64,000 nt of DNA, from NCBI RefSeq assembly GCF_006345805.1, contig NC_042998.1, positions 168,826,001 through 168,890,000 on the forward strand, in the 5' to 3' direction. Under the pieces are notes generated by a model that saw nothing but the letters and a program-made list of their open reading frames with translations, did not search any database and was not told the DNA's origin. Of the stretch, positions 38,424-51,304 are shown piece after piece. Source of the stretch: Octopus sinensis (taxonomy: Eukaryota). The translations under genes and the position numbers were made by a program. The stretch's first letter is position 1, and every line of letters begins with the position of its first letter.

Positions 38424-39589
38424 AATCGATACTGTATTTGACTAGTACTTTATTTTATCGACCCTGAAAGGATGAAAAACAAAGTTTATTTCAACGGGAT
38501 TTGAACACAAAACTTGAAAATATGGAACCAATACCAGAAGCCATTTTTTTTCTGAGACTGCTGATCAGAAAGCCGAATTTGGAATGACCGAAAAACGAGA
38601 ATACCGAAAGCTTTAAAACTAAAAGAACTAGCACCATCGAATACTTAGAAGACCTAAAATTTAGAATACCAAAGTTTTGAAATGTTTTAAAGGAGAATAT
38701 GAAAAACTATTTGAAAAGACTTTTATTTACAGTTTCAAAGCGGGTCGTAAATATCGACATGTTGAATTCATTTTATTTTCTGTTTTGAAAGCAGACATAC
38801 CACTATGTAGGGAGAGAAAGAAATCGAATAAAGCTGAGTGATTTGTGGGATGGGTTGATTTCTTGCATTTTTTAAATTTATTACCTGCGTTTCCACCATC
38901 GTCTACGATCTCTGAAAAGTCAGTGTAATTGCATCAGAAAAGTGTTTGTGCTCTGCGAATTTTGGTAGTCAGTATATGCTATCCATTTAAAAGTTTACTT
39001 ATTGCTCGACCTCTAGCAATTACGCAATTTTTCTTTTTTTTTTTTCTTTTTTGTTTTTCTTCTTGCAGCACCACTAATAATAATAATTTTTTATGTACTT
39101 CTTCTTGCCTTCCTCAGATCAATCATCTTGCACGTTAAGCTTACTATAGTCTTTTTGCGAAGCAATATCTTCGCAGATATCTCTTACTCCGGAATGGAGC
39201 ACTTTTTTTACGCGTCCCAACCATTTAAATAGTAATAATCCAACAGGATATCCCAAAGGATATTGTTAACACAAAACCTGCAGGGTTAATGAAGGAAGTG
39301 GATCTAGCAGAAGTTTGTATGTTGGTATTAAGCTGCAAAAGGATGTAAACAAAGACAGACAGACGTGCAAGTGCACAAACCTAATTTTGACCAATTAAAA
39401 TTTGGTGCTTTGATCGCCTCGTAAATTTATGTTTATACTGAGAAAATATTCTATGACGAGAGAAATTAACTACGCAAATATTCACTTATCTATTTACGTT
39501 TTCACTTATGCCTTCGGTATCATGTCCTTGCAATATAATTTTTATTTTTTATTTTAGGTAAATGTTATTTAAAAAAAATAAATAAATGT

Positions 39590-39835
39590 TCCTTCTCGAG
39601 CCATGCCAGGTTATTAAGGGCTGGTTTTCCGGTTTCAGTGGCGTAGAAATTCCTCACCTGGACGGGATGCTGATCAGTCGCAGGATTACTCATTTTCACC
39701 AGCTGAGTGGACTGGAGCAACATGAAATGAAGTGTTTTGCTCAGGAACACAACGCATCGCCCGGTCCAGGAATCGAAACCACGACCTTGCGATCATGAGT
39801 TCAACACCCTAACCACTAAGTCACGCGCCTCCACA
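39590..39835 (-). mobile_element. SINE family C
   Basis: Matches 12029-12274; TAAA tail at the left end. Confidence 0.9.
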
Positions 39836-41864
39836 AGTAAATCCTATAATATACGAGTGAATGTCATAATATACGTATTTCTCAAACAAATTCCCCATTA
39901 AAACTGTAAAGAAATATCTTTTAACATTATTTTGGTATCCTGACTTTTCGGTTTTTCTAACCTTCAATATTTTGATTTTTCGATCATTAAAAATTTAACC
40001 ATCTTGCGTTCAACCCTATCTAGTAAACTTTATGAGACAAGAAGTTTTCCGATGCTCTGACGTATTTGCCAATCCACCAACCTTCTACAATATTTAGTAA
40101 AAGTATGAACATGCCATCAAATGAAGAATAATAGAAAATCTGATCTCAAATTTTCTGTATAGGATATAAGTTTTGAGATTTTGGGGAGAAATAAATGAAG
40201 TTGCATTGCTGATTCATGCCTTTCATAGATATCGGTACTGAAGCGAAATCCTTCAACGCAAACCCGCAGGTTCGACTTGCAGGAACTTTTGTCAACTCTA
40301 TGCTGCTTGTTACCATTTGTGATTTGATATTAATGAAATAATACATATTCTATTCAAATATTACTTAATTCAATTTACAAGTTTCATTATTCAGTGAAAC
40401 AGCATTTATGAGACACTATTGGTGAAATTAAACATAAAGTGTGTAGTCATCGCTCGGATACTGACTAACAAGGTTCGAGTGACGTGGTTAAAAAATCCAG
40501 CTTAACACTTAACTATGGGGCTCAACTAAGTCTGTAGGAGGATTTTCGTTTATTTAACTTCAAAAGTTTGAGTTTAAATCCTGTCATGGCCATTTATTTT
40601 TTAATTCTGATGCAATCATGAGTACCTATAGACAGATAATACATTATTGACCCTATGGTGATCATATCTGACTGGATGTTATCCGCCACCACCACAAAAA
40701 GTAATAAACTAGAGTAATATTTTTTATTTTTAAAAAAATCGTCTTCACTAACACTTATTGCACTGTTAAACTTGGTTGTACAATTCAATTCGCACGTATG
40801 GATCACAATGTCCAGTGAGTTGTCAATCTTTCAGCTTATCCATTGACAAGAACAAATCAGACAGAACACACTTGCTTTGCTTACTTGGCAGTCTAGCAGG
40901 ACCAGCATAACATTATGTTGAAACGTTAGAACATATTAAATTGGAGCGTGAGACTTGATGGGTTTGTTTCGCAGTCTATCTAAAAGAACAGCTCTAATCT
41001 CGGAGTACCGTTACGAAGCGTCTATAACAACGTAGAGTGTTTATTATGAGATTGACTCCAGACCTGGATGTCATCAAGTCAATTCGGTAGAATGATGAAA
41101 CAAATATCGTAATAATTTTGCACACACTGTGTAATAGTACTTAACAACGCTGTAGCGACATAATGAAAATAATTATATCAACTAAAATCCAGCAAAGTCT
41201 ATTATTGCAGGATTATTTGACACATGACAGAATTCTTTGACAACAAATTGCGAACCAAATTTATTAAAGATTTTCTTTTTCTAACCAGTTTAATGCTGAA
41301 TATTGAAACATTAGCCGAAGGATTTTTTTACCATTTTTTTTTTTTTTGTTTTGGTCTTAACAATATCAGCGCATTTCAATAAATCTAATAGTTACTAGTG
41401 ACAGCATGGTATGAAGACTGGAAGCGATTTAAAATTTTAAATTTGAATTTAACTCAAAGGCATACTAAATCCTCATACTATTATTGTCTTTTACATAGTT
41501 TTCCTTAACTTGTACGGAACTACTGCGCCGAGAAACGTTCAATTATCATAGTTAAGTAATAAATGAAATGATAGGGTTAGACATGTTCGATATTGCCAGA
41601 AAAGGGAAAAAGGTTGGCTGAAATCTATTTGCCCGCGTCAAGACGATTTTTATCATTTATATTTTTTACCTCCAATCAGGATGTAATATCAAGTGTGAAC
41701 CTTTCTCTACACCAGTTTTGCCCTTACGTTAGTTCAATAAAGAAACTATTTCACAAGCACTAAAAAAAGTACTATAATGAACATGGTTAACATAAATGGT
41801 GCTTTAATACAATACTGTCATAAACAGGCTGTTTTTATACTTATAGATAATTTTCTACTATAGG

Positions 41865-42052
41865 CACAGGGTCTGAAATTTTGTGAGAAGGGGCTGCTGA
41901 TTACATCGACTCCAAGGTTAAACTGATACTTTCATCCGAAAGGATAAAAAGTCAAGTCGACGTCATCAGAATTTGAACCTAGAATGTATAGAGCCGTAAA
42001 AATACCACTAAGAGTTTTACCCGACTTGCTAACGATTCTACCAGCTCGCTGC
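41865..42052 (-). mobile_element. SINE A, older type
   Basis: Family A head and core with a ...tgtgcctatagtagaaaa tail. Confidence 0.8.
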
Positions 42053-42454
42053 CGTGTCTATACTTATAGATATTGGCAGGAAGTATGAATTCAAGTGGTA
42101 TGTAAGTATTTGAACAGATCACGCGAATATAAAGGAAATCGTTATGAAATTTGACTTCTGGCTACCATATGGTCTTGTGTTAATTCTCTTGTGTTAAAAA
42201 GGGAGAATGCTATTGCTTTTTCATATCAGTATTTTCCGACATAGTCATAACACTGTGCTGCATACAGGGCACGAACCATCGTACTTCCGGCTGCATTTTC
42301 GCTTCATTACCTGTGAGACATTACACGTTCTCATTCCATGCACCAGGATTCCATACAGTTTGTATTTGCCAAACTTCACTCAGAAAATTTTGGTGGACCT
42401 GATTTTGAGGTCATCACCAGCATCAGTAACACGTGACCATTACTGTCTCGAGTC

Positions 42455-42683
42455 TTAGGATTGACAGAGCCGGTTTCCCTGACGTATAAGTGGTCGAGGT
42501 CATGACATCTCTCGTGAACGGGATGCCAGTCTGTCGCAAGATTACTCACATACAGCTGAGTAGACTGGAGCAACTTAAAATGAAGTGTCTTCCTCAAGAA
42601 CACAACGCTTCACTCGGTCCAGGAATCGTAACCACGATCTTGTGATCTTGATTACACCTTGACCACTAGGCTTTGCGCCTCTG
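42455..42683 (-). mobile_element. SINE family C, diverged
   Basis: cagctgagtagactggagcaac...aagaacacaacgc...ggtccaggaatcg. Confidence 0.8.
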
Positions 42684-43135
42684 TGGTACAAGACAGTTGT
42701 TCAAGGTGCTGGACTGTGCGAGATCGAACCTAAACCACACTGATATTAAGGACACCTTTTAACTACACAATCATGCTTATGCACGTAGTGTGTCTACCTA
42801 CACAATAATTATAAACCATTGATAAACCATTCGGAGCATCCTAAAATCTATGATTAATGTGACTTTCACTGCTGAGTAATAACTCCGTATTTTATATGTT
42901 CGCTAATTACCGTTTTCCAAACACATTAAATTTCATCCCTACTTATTTCTCTTCGTTACAAAACAACTTTCTAACATCTTGAGGAGTCTATTATTTACAT
43001 AGGCCATCGATTTATAACCTGTTACTAACGCAACTGTTACAAGTTCTAACTTTCTAGTAATGTTCCATATGCCAGAACAATGCTTATTAACTACTCTAAG
43101 GATAACGAGTAGAAGGCTATAATCTATGCAGTTTC

Positions 43136-43250
43136 TTCTTCTTCTTCTTCTTCTTCTTCTTCTTCTTCTTCTTCTTCTTCTTCTTCTTCTTCTTCTACTA
43201 CTACTACTTCTTCTGATAGATGGATGGATGGATGGATGGATGGATAGACA
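43136..43250. repeat. (TTC)n-(TAC)n-(GATG)n compound microsatellite
   Basis: Direct reading; source of the poly-Arg ORF. Confidence 0.95.
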
Positions 43251-43303
43251 TAGCATATAAGTATTTGATATTTTATATAATATAATATATTATATATATA
43301 TAC

Positions 43304-43334
<31 letters not shown>

Positions 43335-43809
43335 TATATAATTAAATATCAATATTGTATGTGTATATATAATATATATATATATACATAAATAGAGAGA
43401 AAGAGAGAAGAAGAGACCAATGTCATTAATTTCATGTTAGCCTAGGTTCATTTTAGAGAAAGAAAGGAAATATATTCTTGTGTGGGATACTTAAGCGTTT
43501 AAGTGAATGAGAATTAGTAAAACTGACAAGATGAAGATATGGAAGCAAGACGCAGTTTATTGGTTGGGTGCTAACAATCATAGATAAGTTCATCTGAGAG
43601 CTTATACTTGAGGGATTTTATGGAATTTAAAAGCATCAGATTATCTTCTTACGAGTCACGTAAAAAAAGAGCGACATCTACAACGACAAACAAGGAAATT
43701 TCTTACTCAATAATATCTTGAATAGCATCAAGAAATTTCAAACAATTAATAAAATTCTGCACTATAGCGTACGATGTTTGTCTGTATTTTCTTCTGTCTT
43801 CATGTTTCA

Positions 43810-44215
43810 GACATTGTGCTGCGGCCAGGCTGGGGTACCGCCTTGAACGGTTTTATTCGAATGAATCCTCCCCAGTCCTTCTTTTCCTTTTTAAAGTCTG
43901 GTACTTATTCTATCGGTCTTTTATGCTGAATCGTTAAGTTACGGGGACGTAAATGAACCAACACCAGTAGTCAAGCGAGGAGGGGACAAAGACAGACACA
44001 AAGACACACACACAGATTATGTATATGTGTATGTGTGTGTGTTTGTCTGTGGGACAGGCTTCCACACAGTTTCTGTTCACCAAATTCACTCACAAGGCAC
44101 AGGTCGGCAGAGTTTACAGTAGAAGACACCTGCCCAAGGTGTTGGGCTGTAGAACTGAATCCGAAACCACATGGTTGCAAAGCGAGCTTCTTAACCACAG
44201 AGCCATGCTCGCGCC
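43810..44215 (-). mobile_element. SINE family B, near full length
   Basis: Reverse complement of 22983-23383. Confidence 0.85.
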
Positions 44216-44589
44216 TATTCATATCGGCTAATGTATAGAATCAAGTGGAGATATTCAATTGAAGGGCTAGCGAGTTCAATACTTCGTAACAGAAACGTAA
44301 ATCAACAAAATTGGTGGAATTGTTTGTTCGTCGAAACGAAACAATGTTTTGCGGTATTTCTTCTGCATCTTTATGACTTGCACTTAAATCTCATCAAAAC
44401 TAACCCTGCCTTACATCATTTCGGGGTCGATGAAATAAAGTACTTGTCAATTATCAGAGTTAATGCTGTCAAAACTAAAGGCCATGAGCCTAAATCACGA
44501 ACATATACAGTTGAAATGTTGTAATGAACTGAAACAGACGATACTTAGTTTTCTATTCAAATCAACTCTCAATTAATTCTAAGGCGTTG

Positions 44590-44790
44590 ATGGTGAAGAA
44601 GTGGCAGAATTGTTAGCGCACTGGACAAATTGCGTAACGGCATTTCTTCCGGTTTTACGTTCTGAGTTCAAATTCCTCCGAAGGCGACTTTGCATTTCAT
44701 TATTTTGAGGTCGATAAAATAAGTATCAGTTTAGCAGTGGGATCAAATTAACTGACTAGCCCCCTTCTCCAAAATTTCAGGTTGTTAAAG
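44590..44790 (+). mobile_element. SINE A, older type
   Basis: agaattgttagcgc.ctggacaaa...ttacgttctgagttcaaatt...aaaatttcagg. Confidence 0.8.
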
Positions 44791-44837
44791 CTTTCATGTC
44801 TTATTAAGGATTGAATTATAGTAGAACTGTTTCGACT

Positions 44838-45222
44838 GTGGCTTTGAAAGAAGCTTGAGAGGCGGTTGGATGGAACCTACACTCGCCTCCTTATGAGAGC
44901 TCAAAATCTCTCGTGGAAGCGGCATCCAACCAAAATGCAAATATATAGGAAACTACCACATTTGTCATCTCTTGTGAAGGGTAAGAGAGTCCAGTTTGCT
45001 GGACATTGTTGTAGAGCTGAAAAAGAGGTAATTTCTACTCTTCTCCTCTGGAAGCCATCTACTCGCAATACCAGAGGGCGCACACTCTCCTACCCTGATG
45101 TAATCTCCAGGGATACAGGCATCCAGCAACAGGACCTCCGTAATGCTATGATGGACCGTGAAGTCTGGCGTAGCATGGTAAATTCCATTGTCTCGACCAC
45201 GGTCGAACAATGATGATAATGA
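44838..45222 (+). mobile_element. RTE-clade LINE 3' end with (TGA)n tail
   Basis: Open frame 44866-45213: LDGTYTRLLMRAQNLSWKRH...QFAGHC...LLLWKP...GRTLSYPDVISRDTG...MMDREVWR; the stop runs into tgatgataatga. Confidence 0.92.
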
Positions 45223-45999
45223 AGGATTGAAGAACCAATCTCGGATAAAACTTTTCTAGTTATTGAAGCGAATGTAGCTGTCACAGAAATTAAACAAGTT
45301 AGATTCAATTTGATATCAGCCATTTAAACCAGTAATTCTCAACAATCTTTAGCATATGAACCCCTGTGATTACAGTTTTATTCGGCTGGACCCCAATAGC
45401 CATTCAATGTTAACAAACTAGTTTTATGGAAACTTCTTTCAAAATCTCGTGTGTAAGTTGAACTATATAAAATTAACTTGTGTAAGTTTACTAGAGATAT
45501 TTCGCGTGCTGCTACGTTCTGAGTTCAAATTCCGCTGAGGTCGACTTTGCCTTAATCGACTAGTCCCCTCCCTCCAAATTTTATATAATGCAACTTGTAT
45601 AAAATGTCAGAGAACGAAACCTAGCTGTTTCATGCAATACATACATCTATAGCAAAATTTTTTCATGGACACTTAAAATACTACTTGGATCCTTAATTTG
45701 TTATTCCGCTTGCTTGGACCCTCCAAAGTCTTACATTGACCCCCCCAGGGCTCATATGAACCCCAATTGAGAAACATGTTTGAACCATATGAAATATGCG
45801 GTAATGATCCGGAGAAAGGAATGAATTTCTCTCAAAAACATGTTCCTTATTCTAAAAATTACGGGAGTTATTCCTTAAAAGAAGCAAAAAAAAAAACCAG
45901 GAAGTTTCGTTATAATCGGTCGATCTGCTAAAAATAGCAATCAAATTTTCCTCAAATCACACTTCACATTCCTGAAAAAAAAATTAAAATTATATTATA

Positions 46000-46214
46000 C
46001 GAGAAGTGCTGAAAAATTCCTGGTTTTAAGGGTCTCGCGAAAGGTCTAGTTGAGGGTCCAACCTTCCCAGTTCTTTTACATGGCTTAAAAAAACTGAAGG
46101 ACCGCTGCAATAAGTGTGTGAATCTGAGAGGGGAATATGTTGAATAAAATTGTAATTAACTGATCCTCCTGTATTTTCTTTTACCCAAAGCCAGGAACTT
46201 TTCAGCATACCTCG
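46000..46214. mobile_element. Mariner-derived MITE (215 bp)
   Basis: TIRs cgagaagtgctgaaaaattcctggtttt and (reverse complement) cgaggtatgctgaaaagttcctggcttt; TA on the left; the interior resembles a mariner transposase 3' end. Confidence 0.85.
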
Positions 46215-46743
46215 CATAGCGTAATCCCAACAATATCCACCATCAAAGGTCCAAACAGAAGCGGTTAAAATGCCTCTTCTCATGAGGTTTCTCTTCGTAC
46301 ACTGTTAACAACACAGAGCTTAATAACAGCATCAGTATCTTTATATTTATTTGTTCATACGGTGTAGAAGCAGCAACAGCAGCAGCAATATCAGTAACAG
46401 TAGAAGCCACCGTAGAAGCCACTGTAACTTCATGCTGCTATAATTTAATGAGAATAAAACAATAATGACAATAATAGAAGGCCAAACATTTCGAGAGGAA
46501 AAGACTATAATGGATTAAATCAGTTCAAGCACATATCTGCTATTTGTTTTATAGATCCCAGAAAGAGAGAGAGATGAACGGCAAATATCGACTCCGGCCG
46601 AACTTGAACTCTGAATGTTAGAACAAAAAAAAAACAGCAACAGAAAGGGGAGAAAAAGACAGCAATAGCAACAAAATCAGCACAATTGCAACAACATCGC
46701 CATGAGAATTATTGCTTATAGATATGGGATACTGTGATGATGA

Positions 46744-46791
<48 letters not shown>

Positions 46792-47234
46792 AGCCCTCAA
46801 CTACAACAAAACGACCAAAATTTCTTTTTTTTTTCAAGGTCTGGGGTCTCCCGCCCCTAAGCCCTAGACCATCACCTAATCACCCTTACCCGTCTTGTTG
46901 CTTAACAACAACAACAACAGTAGCACCAGCACCAGCAGCAGCTGTAGCACCAGCAGCAGCACCACCACCACCACTGACATTAATGGTAATATATGCAATT
47001 ACTCTGGCAATCGAAATCAGATTAGTTGCAATATAAATAACAGAAATTGCAACGACATTAACAACAACAATAATAACGCCACTCTATTCTACAGTTATTG
47101 TATCAGCTGAAATAAGAATAGCTACAAAAGCAATAAAAATAACAACAAAGACAGTAAAAATAGCGCAAATTATATTACATACAACTATAATAATATTTGT
47201 ACGAATAAAAGTAAAATTAGCAGTAGTAATATCC

Positions 47235-47794
47235 TTTCTACTATAGGCACGAAGCCTGAAATTTGAAGGGAGAGGACAAGTCGATTAAGGAAAAGTCGAC
47301 CTCAGCGGAATTTGAACTCAGAACGTAGCAGCACACGAAATACCTCTAAGCATTTCACCCGGCGTGCAAACAATTCTTATTTCTTCACTACCAACAAGGG
47401 GCTAAACACAGAGGGAACAAACAAGGACAGACAAACGGATTAAGTCGATTATATCGACCCCAGTGCATAACTGGTACTTATTTAACCGACCCCGAAAGGA
47501 TGAAAGGCAAAGTCGACCTCGGCGGAATTTGAACTCGGAACGTAGCGGCAGACGAAATACCTATTTCTTTACTACCCACAAGGGGCTAAACACAGAGAGG
47601 ACAAACAAGGTCAGACAAACGGATTAAGTCGATTATATCGACCCCAGTGCGTAACTGGTACTTACTTTATCGACCCCGAAAGGATGAAAGGCAAAGTCAA
47701 CCTCGGCGGAATTTGAACTCAGAACATAACGACAGACGAAATACGGCTACGCATTTCGCCCGGCGTGCTAACGTTTCCGCCAGCTCGCCGCCTT
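47235..47794 (-). mobile_element. SINE A compound: full young copy, then one 184-bp module (47378-47561), then an older copy lacking its first about 16 nt
   Basis: Junctions aaagaaata-g-gtatttcgtc (47560-47562) and aagaaata|agaattgtttgcacg (47377/47378); flanks attag...tagtaatatc on both sides. Confidence 0.92.
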
Positions 47795-48567
47795 ATTAGG
47801 ATTAGTAATATCAATGGCAACACGTTAAACATTACCAGATACCGTACAGATAGTTAAAGCTAAACAAAATCTATCCCTTTCAAATAGGTATCATGGAGAG
47901 AGAGAGATGGAGTAGTTACTATAAACCAGTGCTTCCCTAACTACTTTTAACTATTGCTCCCTTATCTCTTGCTAGTACTTTTCAATGTCCCCTTGCTACG
48001 ATTCATCAAAATTTAATACACCACAAGATTGTTACCAACAACAATGCCCTTTGTCATTAAAAGACTAACTACAAATTAAGCCATTTCATCAGTATCTCAA
48101 TATACTATGGAATATCGAAACAATATTTTGGTTGCTCAATTTTGGCACAAAGTCAGTAATTTTGAGGAGAGAGGAAAGTCGATTATACTTTGAGAAGCAC
48201 TATTGTTGATAGTAAAGAGACTGTAAAAGTAAGTGCGTCCTTGATGTACTGTTGATCCACAAGATTTTCAATGCACAGAGCCGGCGCAAAAAATGAAGAG
48301 ATGTTGTAATGAAAGCAGAAAGCACATATAGTCAAATATCTCAGACCAAAATCTACATTCAAAAAGGTAGTTCGAATTGTACATAAAAACGACCTTGTAC
48401 GATCAAAATGTCTGCGTGAGTTCAACAGGATTTGGAAAGACAGTGACGATGTTTGAATGCTTACGCTACATTTTTACACTATATTCTACGTCGACTTGCA
48501 CGCCAGAAAATACAGTAACTTACCAGCTCCGGCAAACTCATATTGGTTGTGGGGAATATATTATTCC

Positions 48568-48710
<143 letters not shown>

Positions 48711-48759
48711 TAGGAATTAATTCACTATAAAAAAACCCATCGAGAATGCCCTTACAAAG

Positions 48760-49140
48760 TCGTTTTACGAGCTAAAAATCGCAGCCAAATTCCCTCTGCT
48801 GTCTTACAGAAATGACACATTGGACAATGTAGTTCTATATATAAAATAATACAGTATGATAATGTCTGGAATCTATTTAGTCACACGTCCCTATCAAGCT
48901 TTATATGTTCCTAAACAACAATATCAATAGCAAATAGAAGTACAAGTCAACTAAGAGAGTTTAAGTGGTCGCTCGACTTTCTAGAAATAACAATAAATAC
49001 CCATAAAATCGCATGTATTATGAAACTAAGAACACATTAGATAAAGTAGTCCTAGATACATTTTGCATGAATAAAAGATGGAAAATTTATGATTAAAATG
49101 TCTGCTGGATCAAGCCTGACCTCTGTCTAAATAATAACCA
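48760..49140 (+). repeat. Two adjacent copies of old dispersed repeat G
   Basis: gctaaaaatcgcagccaaattccct...cacattggacaatgtagttcta and ttctagaaataacaataaat...cacattagataaagtagtcctagataca. Confidence 0.65.
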
Positions 49141-49353
49141 CAGAGATTATAATCTTTACGGAAAAAAAATCTCGCTTCTTCAATTTCTCTAAGAAGCTGA
49201 TGTATAATTATGGTTTGAAACGCAATTTGTCAACTTAATTTTTTTCCCTTTTCATCTATTGTGAGATTCATATAAAATTCCGAAGCTTAATATATCTGGT
49301 AGCTAAACAAACGATCAGCAAAAACAACAATAACTCCAATGATAACATTCAAG

Positions 49354-49452
49354 ATGGCCGCAACGAAAGGAAAGTTGTCACTGACGAACCAATGCTCACA
49401 AGAAATGTATGAGCGTCATAGAAGATCATTTCTGTCTATAAATCCGAGGCAG
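49354..49452 (+). CDS. Candidate first coding exon (33 codons, phase-0 donor)
   Basis: caagATGGCCGC (Kozak/YY1-like) followed by MAATKGKLSLTNQCSQEMYERHRRSFLSINPRQ and CAG|GTACGA; no downstream exon identified. Confidence 0.25.
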
Positions 49453-50121
49453 GTACGAAAAAAATTAAATAAAAAAATCCGTTTTTGTTAAGTAAATATC
49501 GAACATAGTTTAGTAAAATATACGCTCTCAGCTTCTTGAATCAAGATATCAGGTTCCTGAAGCATTTTTGAAATTATTTTATGTCAGTAATCCTCTCGGT
49601 ATGTGCTGACCTCCCTGTATCGCAATCCTTCAGAAATGTTTTATACCTCTATAAAAGATAATTGTTTCTGGAGCGTGTTAAACCCTCAATGCATATAGAC
49701 AACTTATTTGATTTCGATCACAGTTGCAACCGCTTCACTTATATCACCAGTTCTTAGAAAACCTTAAATCTCTAACTTTCCTATTTCTCTTAGTTTTGGA
49801 AATTCACGGTACCATTATCTTATCAGTTTATTACAGAAGTGTAGCTCATGTTGATTTTTAACATATTGCAAATATACCATATTTGTCGCGTCTCGAATAC
49901 TTCTTGTGAATTAATTTTTCTTGAATTATGTAAAAAATTTTATAAATTAGATATATAAAAGGTTTCAGTGAGTGTTTTTAAATTGTTTATAATACAATTT
50001 GAGTTTACAATTAGAAGAGCGATAAACTCTTCAGGTGCAAAGTACTTGGCCTTAAAACAAAGCAAACATTAAACGCGAATTAAAAGATTTCATGAATCTG
50101 ATTGCTTAAACCCGTAGTTAG

Positions 50122-50330
50122 AACTCTCTGGAGATTACATACAACCAACTTATTAATATGATGGTTAATCTTATATACCACTACAACGTGACTTAAGATT
50201 ATATATAACCGACTGATTAATCCTTAATATTTAATACTACTTGAACGTAACTTAAGATTATATATAACCAATCCGATCGTTAGTCACATATACAGCTAGA
50301 ATGTAACTTAAGATTTTATATAATCAACTG
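50122..50330. repeat. Degenerate 56-63-bp tandem array with a conserved 26-bp core and divergent spacers
   Basis: Core AAYGTRACTTAAGATTWTATATAAYC starts at 50185, 50244 and 50300, with a decayed copy at 50122. Confidence 0.8.
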
Positions 50331-50550
50331 ACTATTCCGAGGGTTCATTTAACATTCTGCAAGAAGTTATTTCCTAAACTTCATTCACAACTTCAATTAA
50401 CTGATCTTACTGGAGTTACCGCTTCCCTTATTTGTTTGTTAAACACCCATACAGTGAAATATTACCTTTTAATTGTCTGGATAATCTTAGATGATCGAAG
50501 TTTTTCCACTCATATTACATTTGTGAGCCTTTACTGTAATATATATATAT

Positions 50551-50597
<47 letters not shown>

Positions 50598-50636
50598 CAG
50601 ACAGACAGACAGACACATAGACAGACAGACAGACAC

Positions 50637-50727
<91 letters not shown>

Positions 50728-50927
50728 AACAAAATGGAATAGGCAGGACAAGAGACACATGGGGTAGACAATCGTTGAGGAGGTTACAAAATGTGTGACG
50801 AAAGAACTTTGGCGGACGAACAAACTTAAAAGAAAATAATACTAATAAAATTAAAGTAAATATCAAATAATGCGTGTATTTAATTGGCAAAAAAAGACCA
50901 TCCTGAAGTATAACAACATATATATAT

Positions 50928-50959
<32 letters not shown>

Positions 50960-51231
50960 AGTTTAAAAACATAATAAATGCACAAACAAACAGACACAGG
51001 TCACCAAATCCTCATCAGTCATCAGCCAGAGGGTCAAACGCAATTTCGCGCCTTGAACGATAATTGTAATTCTCTTCTGGTGGCACCGGCAGCAAGAAGC
51101 CGCCGGAAATGGTGAGCCAACGAACAAGTGACCAACCATGCAGACACGAAAACGAGACGAAATGTGAACTTACGAACATAAATAAATAAACAGAATCTGT
51201 CCTTACGGCCAGACAGGAGACGGAATATATA

Positions 51232-51304
<73 letters not shown>

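Noticed and set aside
42200-42400. Possible decayed RTE C-terminus on the minus strand (ESWCME...MVRALYAAQCYD)
   Set aside because: Similarity is too weak and needs frameshifts.
50109-50130. AACCCGTAG...GAACT resembling miR-100
   Set aside because: No complementary arm nearby, so no precursor hairpin.
50122-50330. CRISPR array interpretation of the repeat-spacer pattern
   Set aside because: Eukaryotic context, only 3-4 imperfect repeats, AT-rich spacers with partial mutual similarity, and no cas genes.
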